This document shows, piece by piece, positions 53,472 through 64,000 of a stretch of DNA of 64,000 nucleotides. The notes under the pieces are model-generated. The model searched no databases. It saw only the letters and a program-made list of their open reading frames with translations, and was not told where the DNA came from. The first letter of the stretch is position 1, and every line of letters starts with the position of its first letter. This DNA comes from Eledone cirrhosa. Its lineage: Eukaryota. The DNA is taken from NCBI GenBank assembly GCA_964016885.1, contig OZ024746.1, positions 34,782,001 to 34,846,000 of the forward strand. Direction: 5' to 3'. Made by a program: the position numbers and the translations under genes.

Positions 53472-53474
<3 letters not shown>
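52721..53474. mobile_element. PLE pseudo-LTR palindrome of about 660 bp (52721-53383) plus a one-sided tail of about 90 bp
   Basis: Arms are reverse complements centred on gagagagatagctctctctc (about 53050); hammerhead motifs in both arms; TA flanks. Confidence 0.9.
53278..53348 (+). ncRNA. Minimal hammerhead ribozyme (intact core, loop TGCGCA)
   Basis: taatttat-CTGATGA-aaacacaaatgttattgcatgatgatatttgttttt-GAAA-tgcgca-TA-attaaata. The mirror copy at 52756-52819 has lost GAAA. Confidence 0.78.
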
Positions 53475-53524
<50 letters not shown>

Positions 53525-53627
53525 TTAGATTTGAAGGCTCACCACTGGACAATTCCGTATGGTCAATCTTGATGTAATAATATGGAGAGTACTCAACGTA
53601 AAGCAGCTCAACCGTCTTCGTTTGTGT

Positions 53628-53692
53628 AGTTGCTGGTGATGATATCACCGGATTCATACGGAACCCAGTAATTGAAATGATCATAGTATAAT
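53628..53692 (+). ncRNA. Possible decayed hammerhead motif in a TA-flanked insert of about 200 bp
   Basis: GTGATGA...GAAA-tgatca-TA; stems poorly supported. Confidence 0.35.
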
Positions 53693-53742
53693 AAACCTTT
53701 CAAGGATTTACACAAGTCCAGCCTCCTGTTATTTTATTATAT

Positions 53743-53836
<94 letters not shown>

Positions 53837-54407
53837 ATGTACGCATGCTTCTTTGTATGAATGCATGTGTGTATGCATGGATGGATGTAAGCATGTATAT
53901 ATAAATATGTATACATGATGTACGTATCTCTATAAGTATCCATATTCGTAGATATATACACATACATTCATGCATTTATATATACGCTTTTGTGTATGTT
54001 TGTATGTTTATATTTATGTATATGAATGTGCTCACTTTACGATTGACTAGTTGAACTTCCAACCGTAAATTTCTTTTTATCTGTTTTCCCGACAATCTCA
54101 GAATTATGAAATTATGTTTATTCGCTTTTCTTATAAGCTTCAAAATTTCATATAATTACGAACATCGTACGCTACACAGGATTTAGTTTTCAAAGTGAGA
54201 TATTGTAGATAGTGTTGAAAATATTTCCTTTCGGTGTATCGAGATGTTAACTGAATTAAATGATTAAGCTATTTCCTATTACATTTATAGTCAACTTTAT
54301 ATTACATTATATATAGAGATATAAACCGATAGATAAATAGATGGAGAAGGCTATGCCTGTGCTGGGTGTATGTTTGTTTGTATATACACCCACACCCTCA
54401 TATATAC

Positions 54408-54456
<49 letters not shown>

Positions 54457-54989
54457 CATACATACACGCATATACACACACACCCTCACACTCACACACA
54501 CTCACACACACATACACAAATATATATATATATATATTTATATATACAAGCTTAACTCCTATAAAATTATTTTCATTCATTCTTAGCTCACTCTCCTGTA
54601 TTTCTCCCATCTCTCGTTCCATATCAGGATAAATAATTACGGCCCAACACCTTTAGATTGTATTCCTACTGAACCGGCATTAAACTAATACACATAATCA
54701 TACTATTATTTTGCACTGCTATATTGTTTTCATCCGTAGCTTTTCACACACACTCACACGTTTATGTTTATATTATTGTACAAAGTTGTTTATACGAAAA
54801 CAAAACATAATAATAAAGTATCAATTAAAGGAAAAATAAAATTCAAGTGTAAAAAAATAATTTTAAAAAATAAGCAACGGGAGTAAATGAGAGCCAGGTA
54901 CACACTATAACCCCTTCTAAGCGATGCCTCAGTCGCCTCATACGGACAAAATGACAAAGGCGTTACCAAGAATATTTGTCATAGACACC

Positions 54990-55400
54990 CGCTACAACAG
55001 CCATACCTCCACACAGGACTCGCTTCACAAGTGCAAGTACTCATGAACGACATTCTCTGTGAAATGGTCTATCTTTTTTTAAATTTGCTAGAAGATTGAT
55101 TACAGTTTTCCAATGCCACTGGTAGAGAGATTTGATCTTTTCTAGATCAGTGGCTACCCAACGTATGTTTAATTTGGCGTTCATAAATCTAGTCCAGATG
55201 GTTACTGATCTTTCTCCTGCTTCTGAATATATTGCGTCGGTGTTATTTTCTGGGTCCCTTACGATAGTAATAGGAATATTATGCTCCGTACAAATTCCCA
55301 ACATGGGAAATACAGTCTATTACCTCATCATTTTTGTTAATGTTTCCAACAATACTGAGCAGATGCATTTATAAGATGCATCTTAATCAATTCAGGCAAT
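54990..55400 (-). mobile_element. Probable 3' remnant of an RLE-type (R4/Dong-like) non-LTR element
   Basis: Frameshifted translation resembles HLI.ACS.L...HD.V...HW.IC.EHNI and ends QRMSFMST.LVKRVL. Confidence 0.4.
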
Positions 55401-56554
55401 GATCAGTTTACCAAGCCAAATATATAACTTACCAATTATTCATTTACTTTCTTTTCTATTATGGCTTTTTAAAGTTGCTTTATTTCTTGCTTTTGAAAGG
55501 TTTTATACATTATTATTTAATGTTGGTCTTTATACTTCCTAAGTAAATATTTGAGATGAGATGCTTCTTAATAAGATTGCAAATTTAGTGGATTGAATGT
55601 TTCGTTACAGTTTTTACCAATTCTATCATTATAATTGCATTGAATCATGTAGTGCTATATTTTTGCATTTGTGTGTAGTTTCAATTTAATTGGAATTTGG
55701 AATTGATATTTCTAATCTAGCGTTGTTATCTATTTTTTAACTAGAGCCAAATTTCTAGGAATTCGAACAAGTATTTTGCTATGTATTAATGCCAAACAAA
55801 ATACAACGAGTGTAAATATTATAAAAATCATTTTAAGATTAGATTATTAAACAGGGATATGATGGTCATATATTTGTATTTTAAATTGTTCGACTCTGTA
55901 TTTCGTATTTAGACATGAATTAATCTAGATGTAAGGTATTGATTCGTTCATTTAAAAAGGAAATCAGATTTTACAACAAAAGCACCACAATGCAGCAACT
56001 ATAACAACGCTATAATTGAGCTACCTAGCCACATTACCTATAAAACGGTGTAAAGGTAAATCTAGAAGCTTTATAAACAATAAGGGGAAGACGACGAAAA
56101 GCACTGGTGAAAATACAATATCAGTATCAAAAAGGGAGGGCGTTGCTCCGACATGGCGTTACATACGATGATTAACGCTATATAAAGTAGTAACAACTCA
56201 GAAATGTATAACAACAAAAAAGCGAAGTAGTGATAAAAAGAAGAGTAGAAACAACTATCGTGAAAGCAGACCCAACAGTAGTGACAGCTGCAGCAACATC
56301 AAAACAAATAAGTAAATAAATAAATACATTTATGAATAAATAGCAGTAGATAGGTATCAAAATCCTATAAAAATCTACCTGCTTGGTTGTGTGTTAAAAT
56401 ATATATGTATGGGTTTCTTTTTATATGCTGAAAGTGAGATATAAGCCATGGAGGGTGAATGTATTGAATAATACATGCGATAGAAGACTGTATATACTCC
56501 GCCAGAATCAGCAACCATCAACACAATCTCCAAATTTGTCGTGAGTAAATGAAA

Positions 56555-57010
56555 AGGCCTCTACGTGGACAACCAACCTGGTAGAAATAGGAGACAAATG
56601 TATTTCATGCCATACATTCCTTGAAATTATGCGTTAGATAATGCTGTTTACAGTTTCTTACAGCTGGAATGCTTCGGATAATATGTTCGATCAATCAGTA
56701 CTATACTAGCTATTATGTAAAACATTTAAAGAGTGCCTATGTGGTTACTGGACTTCCTAAAACAAGGAGCTATATTTCCCTGAAATGACTCTCTACTATC
56801 TCTACTACCTTTGAAAATCATACGAGACAGATGGAAGTTTTATGGCTACCTTTTACCATAAATCTGTACCTGGTGGGAAAATCGTGAACTTGGTGGGAAA
56901 CATCAGCAACACCCTGCAACCATATGGCACCCCCTAATTGTCAGCTAACGAGGGATCTACTACGTGGACGTTCACCTGCTAATGATAGCAGCTAAATATT
57001 TCGCGTAATA
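56555..57010 (+). repeat. Dispersed short repeat (ctaygtgg...cctgctagaaatagcagccaaat-like), 3 degenerate copies
   Basis: Copies at about 56560, 56737 and 56960; related copies at about 23043, 23255 and (minus) 29185. Confidence 0.5.
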
Positions 57011-57539
57011 TTTAAATGGATTTTGTCCTTTATGCATAATAAAACATTTGATTGTTCGGGAATTGAATGCCTTTTTTCAGTTCTATATGATCAGCACTTA
57101 GCTTGTCCGTAATGACAATAACAATCCACTAAAGTCCATTGTTGCTCAGTAACATTTCATCCACCGACCCTGTCATTTCAACAGAAAATTCCACTCACAT
57201 GGGATCCACTATGTATAATACTCCATCGCAGTTAGCAATTATTCAAACTAATGAGGTTAGGTAATTGCACAAACTGTTTAAAATAGTATTCAAATCTGTC
57301 TCAAACTAGACTCGAACCTTTTGAGAACAGAAAGGTCTCTCAGAATAATACGTATATTGTTACACATTCATAAAATGAGGTAATGTTCGAGGTGGGAATG
57401 CTTTTCGTCTTAGGTCTGCTGGATTATAGATGACATCATTTAAACAAAAACGGCTACCAATCATGCAAACCAAGGCCGGAAACTCGGTGTTGGCTATTTA
57501 TCTGCTCATACATAAATGCTAGCATTTCTTTAACTATTT

Positions 57540-58790
57540 TCCTATTATAACCACAACTATTCAAACACTACCACAACTAATATTACAACAACTGCCATCC
57601 TACACAAACACTAATATCATTGTCGACATCATTAAATGTGTACTAAAATATATTCTAAAATTACTACTTCCACTATAACGAGTCAACGAGGGAACCGCGT
57701 TGAGCTGTTGAATACAGAATCCGAATCATCCTCCAATTACACACTATCCTCATGCGCATGGTCATGTTGGCTAATGGGAATTGTTCAATACACATAAAAA
57801 GCAGAAAAAATGGGCATCGTTAAAAGGTATTTGCTAAAATGTGTGTATGTTTATGAGAGGGACTCACAAACATCAACAACCTCCACTATTGAATATAAAC
57901 GTCTAACATGCACCAACATATAACATTAAGGCATATTTAATTGTCGTCATTATTCAGCTGGTAGCCCCTACTGCAATGACAACCATAACTAGAATATCAT
58001 CTGTAGTTATAACTACCACAATTACATCAACAACCAACACAGCCAAATACAACCATATTTTAACCATCAGCTGTCAGCACCAGCATCACCACTTCTATTA
58101 CACAATCCATATCACCATCATGAGTTAATATGTAACGACATTCACAACCAATAATACCTTCTCAAGTACCACACATTACCAACAGCCGTCAATTCTTCTC
58201 CAAATCTACATCCCCTCGATATTTCCCCAAATATACCTCTCACATAACCGTCTCCGATTTCCATCTACGCCGTTAATACACCAACACCCATACTTCCTTC
58301 AGTTAAAAAGTGGTATAACTAAGTGTATGGCGGTCCTCACCAACAGCATCTCGAATTATCAATAAGACACATTACCAACCCAACACCAACAGAGGAACAA
58401 AGATCATCATTTACATCATCATATTATGTTTGAACATCCACCATCTATCATATGCACCACCTTCATTGCCATCACCTAACATCCCTAAAATAATAGCACC
58501 ACCACAAACACCTCACACAAGAGGCCACTACGTATTAACCATTGCCAACATACTACCGCTATCACCAATAATAGCGGCATCAACATCACAATGTCTTCAA
58601 AACACCATATCGTCGACAGCAACAAAATCACTACTACAATATAAAACACTACAATCATCACCAAATATTATCAACTGTAAACTGTCCCCCATCTGAACTA
58701 TCAGGAGCAAAACCATTACGGCAACCACAGCTTTCATCCAGCATCCAAAACATACCACTTACACTACCACTAGCACCCACAAATCAATAC
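57540..58790. repeat. Degenerate CAA/CAC/CAT low-complexity region
   Basis: Strong A/C strand bias with no coherent ORF. Confidence 0.55.
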
Positions 58791-59189
58791 ATGACACTGA
58801 CTTGTACAGCTGTTGTAACTTCAGGTCAGGCTATGTATATCGATTGAAATATACCGTTTGGTTTTGGTGCTCGGTTAATTCTAAAATGTCGCTGCTATAT
58901 GTATAGAGAGTTGGATAGAGAAGACAAACGGATAGAAAATAGGTAGAGAGAAATGGATGAAGAACGAGAAAAAAGCGGTTAGAGATTCTCAGAGCGAGAG
59001 AAAGAGAGAAATATAAAAATAATGAGGCTTCCAAATAAAGGGAGATTGAAGGTAAAACAAGATTAACAAGAGAGAAGGGGGGAGGGAGAGAAAGATAAAC
59101 GGTTTTGTGTATGGGCAAGAGACAGAGAGAGAGAAAGATAGAGAGGCGTTCACAGAAAATCCCCAAGAAACGCACTGCTGTTTGAGTGT

Positions 59190-59375
59190 GTTTCTTCTTA
59201 TTATTCTTATTCTTCTTCGCCCACATTTCTCTTGGAGGATCCAGCAGATTATGTCAGAGGCAACCGTATCCAATCGGATTCCCACGTAGGTCTAGCCGAG
59301 TTTATCGATGTTACCCGGCCATGTTGCTCGGGCTCCATCCATGGATTTCCTACCGGTTGCTTTTGCCCATAAAAC
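59190..59375 (-). mobile_element. Probable 3' end of an RTE-clade LINE with (AAG/AAT)n tail
   Basis: ...GRKSMDGARATWPGNIDKLG.TYVGI...VASD...CW followed by gaagaagaataagaataataagaag. Confidence 0.45.
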
Positions 59376-60697
59376 CTGTACAGAGATACTTTTATTAGTC
59401 ATTGTAACCGCATGTCCGTAGTTGGATAATACGACACACCCTAACTTACAGCGTAATTAGTATATCCTCTACATGATGAGACTTATGCGAAAATAACAGA
59501 ATTCCATTTAGCTCCACCCGTAAAACAAAATACATACTCCTCTATATAATATTACCGAAATAAATCAACTGTACCACCAAACCTTTTATGAATGCATACA
59601 TAGTGATAAATATACTGCTACTAACGGTATAAACCAAACTTGCGCCAACAGACTATCACCTTTATTCTCTCAAGGAACGATGTCATTATCTCAATAATTC
59701 AATTGAGACATAATTTCGTGACCTGGGATTGTTTTCCATAAAATCCACGTCTAAGTGCTACAGAGTATGAACTTCTTAGAACCACTGTTATATCATATGT
59801 ATCTTTTCTCCACCACCCAGCTAATATTGTTAACTGCAGAGTCAACTTTCAGTTTCTATATATGGTTGGAGAGTTTCCTTGTATTTCATTTCGCTCGAGG
59901 CCTGAATCAGACAGTCTTGTTGTTAAAGTGTTCTTTAAACTGTAATCCCCTGTGGCCGACATACCGCACGAGGATCTGAATGTTTCCTTTTAGAGCCACA
60001 TCCACCTAGGTTGGGTGGGGTGGGTTGATTGACTTCCATGAATTTGAAGATCGGCATGGAGCAAAATCTCTTGAAAATAGCTTTCTTTAAGGATGGGTAG
60101 TTGTGAAATCTTATATACATACATATATATAATATATATATATGTGTCTATGTGTGTCTGTGTGTGTAAGTGTATGTATCTATATATCTATATACATACA
60201 TACAAATGTGGCATACACTTTCACTAGATGTTGGCTATTTTGTAATAATCAAGTTGAATTTGTTTCTATATTGTTACATAATGTAGTCTACTAAATGTCT
60301 TGAATATACGCATTAATTTCCGTATGTTTTATCCTATTAATTTCTTTCCGTATTGTAGATATCGTGCAAGGGATTCTAAATACTCTTCTGAAATGATATA
60401 TCTGAATAATTATACGTAAGTGGACATTCACTTTCAGCTTGTGTAGGCATTTATGAGTGTTTTACTGTACACTGATTGAAATACGTGCTGATGGCTTTTC
60501 CTACATTTATATTCAAGAATGAGTTCCTCGAAAGTTATAGTAGGTATTAAACTGGAGAATAGACCTGTTTTATAAGTCACTATTTTTTCCCTTATCTATT
60601 TGCATGTATATCACAATGAAAATATCTAAACATCTTCGTGATGTAAATTGTAGGTTTTAGTGATCGCATGACATTTTTTGATTACATTCATTATATA

Positions 60698-60741
<44 letters not shown>

Positions 60742-60902
60742 TTATTTATTAAAATAACAGATTAATGTTTAAGCAAAGAATCGCTGCTTCCGCCGTTAAC
60801 GGGATCTTCTGAAACTAAAAAAATCAATCTGTGAACGCAGAAGTAAATATTTCAAAAGAACGTTGCAACCGAATGAAGACAGGAAGACGATACTTTGGAT
60901 CG

Positions 60903-61637
60903 TGGAAACGTTCCCTGGCAAAGAACGGGAAAAAACGAAGATAATACGTCATTATTTGGTGTAGTGAAAACAATTACACACGAAGACAAAACCACGTTTA
61001 TGGTATAAATGAAGTCGTAGACTACGTCTCTGTGTGTATGCGGGTTCGTACGTATGTAGGGTGTGGTATATGTGTAGTTTGTGTTTTGGTTGACGTACGT
61101 CCGCGAACATATGTGTCTTTACATGTGGGTGTGTGTGTGCGCGCGCTGTATACGTATTTATGTGTGTATATTTATATACGTTTATTTAATTATGTATAGA
61201 CGCACACACACACCCACACACGTGTATATATATATGTTTTTATTTATGTTTTATGTGTATTTGGGGTATACGTTCGTATGTGTGCGGTACAGGCGTTGCG
61301 TGGGGTTTTGTTGCGTGTGTGTGTGTTTTTTGTGTTTTTTTGTTGTGTACGTGCTTGTATTTGCATACCCATGGGGGAGTGGTTTCGCATATGCTTGTGT
61401 GTGTACGTATATGGATGTGTGTATGTATATATTTAATTTCAATTAACTCTGTATTTTATTTACTTTATTCTTAACTCTGAAGCCGAGAATCGTTCTGTTT
61501 CCTAAAAAGAATTTTAGTCTACGACTTCAGTTATACCATTTACGTGGCTTTGAATTTGCGCGTAATTGTTCACATTGGTCCACATAATGACGTCTTATCT
61601 TCGTTTTTTTTCGTTCATTGCCAGAGAACGTCTCCAT
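60903..61637. repeat. Inverted repeat pair of about 120 bp (60903-61023 / 61515-61637), MITE-like
   Basis: tggtataaatgaagtcgtagacta versus tagtctacgacttcagttatacca, extending with mismatches. Confidence 0.72.
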
Positions 61638-62642
61638 GAACCACCTAATCTGTTAGAACACGAAAAGTGTGAAACAACAGAATGTTCACTTTTCGTGTTC
61701 TAACATATATGCCTAGCTTCTTTAAAAATTTTTCGGGGATAGCCGTGGTGGTGGTGATCGTATGTCATTGGCTAATTTTCAACCAATCAGAGTACCTCTC
61801 TCCCTATCTCTTCCACTGTTACTTACGCCTGTTTCTCTCTATCTGTTCCGTCTCTATATATATCTCTTACTCTTTCGCTTTGCACTCCTCCCCTTCAATA
61901 CCATATCTCCCCCTCTCTATATATTTGTTACTCTATCGCTGCACGCTCCTCTCCTTCAATATATCAATTACACACGCTTTACACTACTTTATCCCCAGCG
62001 CCCCTATATATACACCCCCCCTCTCCCGCATCTATATTTTAATGTACCGTTGCACCGTGAATATATGTGTCTATATATATATACATATATATTGTACATA
62101 CACATTCATGTATGTGTATACACACTCATGTATGTATATACACTGGTTTTATGTGTGTATTGTAAATTTGTACTGTTAAAACACGAAACTAACATTCGAT
62201 TGACACTTTGATTACCTGTACAGGCAATAGTTATTAGAATGCTGTTGAAGTGTGTATATATTTTTGGGGGACATCCTGTATATACACACATTATATATAA
62301 TACAATAAACAGATAAATACACACATATATATATGAGCTTATTTAATTATAAATATTGTGAATTTTTAACTCAGTTCAATTATATATATAAATGGCTTCT
62401 ACAGGACTAGAACTGTTTCATTCGAAAGAAATCATCATAATATTGAGAGGGGGGACTAGATAAAATATTTCAAATCAAATGTGTATAAGTTATAAGTTAA
62501 AATGTATAAATAGAGACGATAGTGGAGGTATATCTGTTTAGTGGAACGGTAGACGATAGAATTAAATACAGACGATAATCTCCCTTTAATGAAACAGCAG
62601 ACGATAGAATTAAGGCAATTTAAATTTTAAGCATTTGCATTT

Positions 62643-62692
62643 TTGCCTTTCATCGTTACTGGGTCGATAAAATAAAGTACCAGTAATACACT
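62643..62692 (+). mobile_element. SINE central-domain fragment
   Basis: tttgcctttcatcg...gggtcgataaaataaagtaccagtaa. Confidence 0.75.
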
Positions 62693-63062
62693 GTCACTAG
62701 ACGACTTTTAAATTGAATTGTTGGTTCCATTTCTTTAGTATTTTCAATTGTAGTTATCTACTTAAAAGCGTTACACGGTTAGAGACATAATTGGTAAGTT
62801 ATATCTTCCCTATTAAACCATTGCATTATTTCGCCTACAATAGAACAAAAATGAAATGTTCTTTAAAGAAACAGGAATATAACTTTATAAAAAAAAAAGT
62901 TGCATCCGCTTCTTTCATCATTGATAATTCTTTCGTTTTAATATTAATTGTTTTTTGTAGTTGTTTATATTAAAAATCTTACTGTAATATTTACTTAAAC
63001 GAAGGCAAACATCTAAACTTATAGATTAATCTTGAGCGAAGGACTAGATAAATCTCTCTCTC

Positions 63063-63118
<56 letters not shown>

Positions 63119-63511
63119 AACGAAGAATGATAAAATTTCAAGCAAAGAGTTTAATTAGGTATATTTTGTAATATTATTAACTAATTATTATAATTAACGC
63201 GCATATTTTGCTATCCTCAAACACGTTTACACATGGCATGAAATATAACTAATCCGAGATGGCTAGGTTTCATCTTCTAACTGGATATACGAAATCCATT
63301 ATGTCTTGAAAACAACATGAGGTAACATTATGTTATTCACAGACACACTTTGTACACTGTTCCATATCAGAATGTATTTCCTTCGTCACATTCACAAACA
63401 GTATTGAAAATATGTTCTTCGGCAAATAAAAATGTTTTGTTCATAATATTTCAACTAGCGATTGCTCTACTCCACGCACGACCACCATAAATTAATGACC
63501 AGCTCAACACA

Positions 63512-63684
63512 AGTATTGGTAGAGAGTCAGACACCATGCTTTGCAGTATTGTTATGGTCCTTTGCATTCTAAGTTCAAATCCTGCCGAGGTTAACTTCGA
63601 CTTTCATACTTACTAATTCGATAAAATAAAGTACCAGTAATGGACTGCCGTAATGGATTTGTGCCGAAAAATAGAAACACTATT
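63512..63684 (+). mobile_element. tRNA-derived SINE (49111 family), diverged
   Basis: B-box aagttcaaatcc, gccgaggttaact, gataaaataaagtaccagtaatg. Confidence 0.82.
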
Positions 63685-64000
63685 AATGTGCAATAAGAGC
63701 AAAATATAACGACATTGCTCAATTATTTTATCTAATGTTGTAATAACACAAGGAAATGTTGTTTGTGTATTTTTTTTTTATATTTGCTCATAGGCTTTTA
63801 CAATTTCGCTCAGCCAACAACTATTAAAAAGTGAGTTGCTTAAGATAACAATTTAATCACAAATTGTTGCTATCTTTTAATACACTCCAACAAGTTATCA
63901 AATTATGTACAATAAAAACAAATCTTATTAATTTGCTCAGGGAATATAAAGAAAATGTATATACACTGATAATTGCAATTGTATGTAAATATTTTTTTTT

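Noticed and set aside
59900-60120. Moderately GC-rich segment with a 61-aa minus-strand ORF as a candidate exon
   Set aside because: No recognisable domain or convincing splice-site pair.
5786-62324. Numerous ORFs rich in YI/CV/SL/HT dipeptides
   Set aside because: They are translations of (TA)n, (TG)n and (CT)n microsatellites, not genes.

Overview
AT-rich, repeat-dominated animal genomic DNA, most probably a coleoid cephalopod (Octopus-like SINEs, extreme (TA)n/(CA)n/(GA)n content; the taxon is an inference). I found no intact host gene, rRNA, true tRNA or CRISPR array. The window is a stack of mobile elements. It holds two decayed 5'-truncated Penelope-like elements (PLE family A: RT + GIY-YIG) at 83-3592 (+) and 6157-9540 (-), several truncated copies of a second PLE family (B) and the terminal repeat of a third (C). 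It also holds a near full-length decayed Helitron (16752-23827) with a non-autonomous relative (51708-52368), a near full-length L1/Tx1-clade LINE in an (ATT)n tract (41908-47770) with an older 3' fragment, RTE and probable R4/Dong remnants, and tRNA-derived SINEs. The most striking layer is non-coding: about 20 minimal type-I hammerhead ribozyme (HHR) motifs, intact or decayed, lie in PLE terminal repeats. They have family-specific palindromic loop-III sequences, one family has a recurrent CCGA core variant, and many sit in fold-back palindromes (0.16-1.8 kb) inserted into (TA)n, including a nested palindrome cluster at 9562-11396. Most short ORFs in the supplied track are microsatellite artefacts. 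Coordinates were read by eye and may be off by a few bases.
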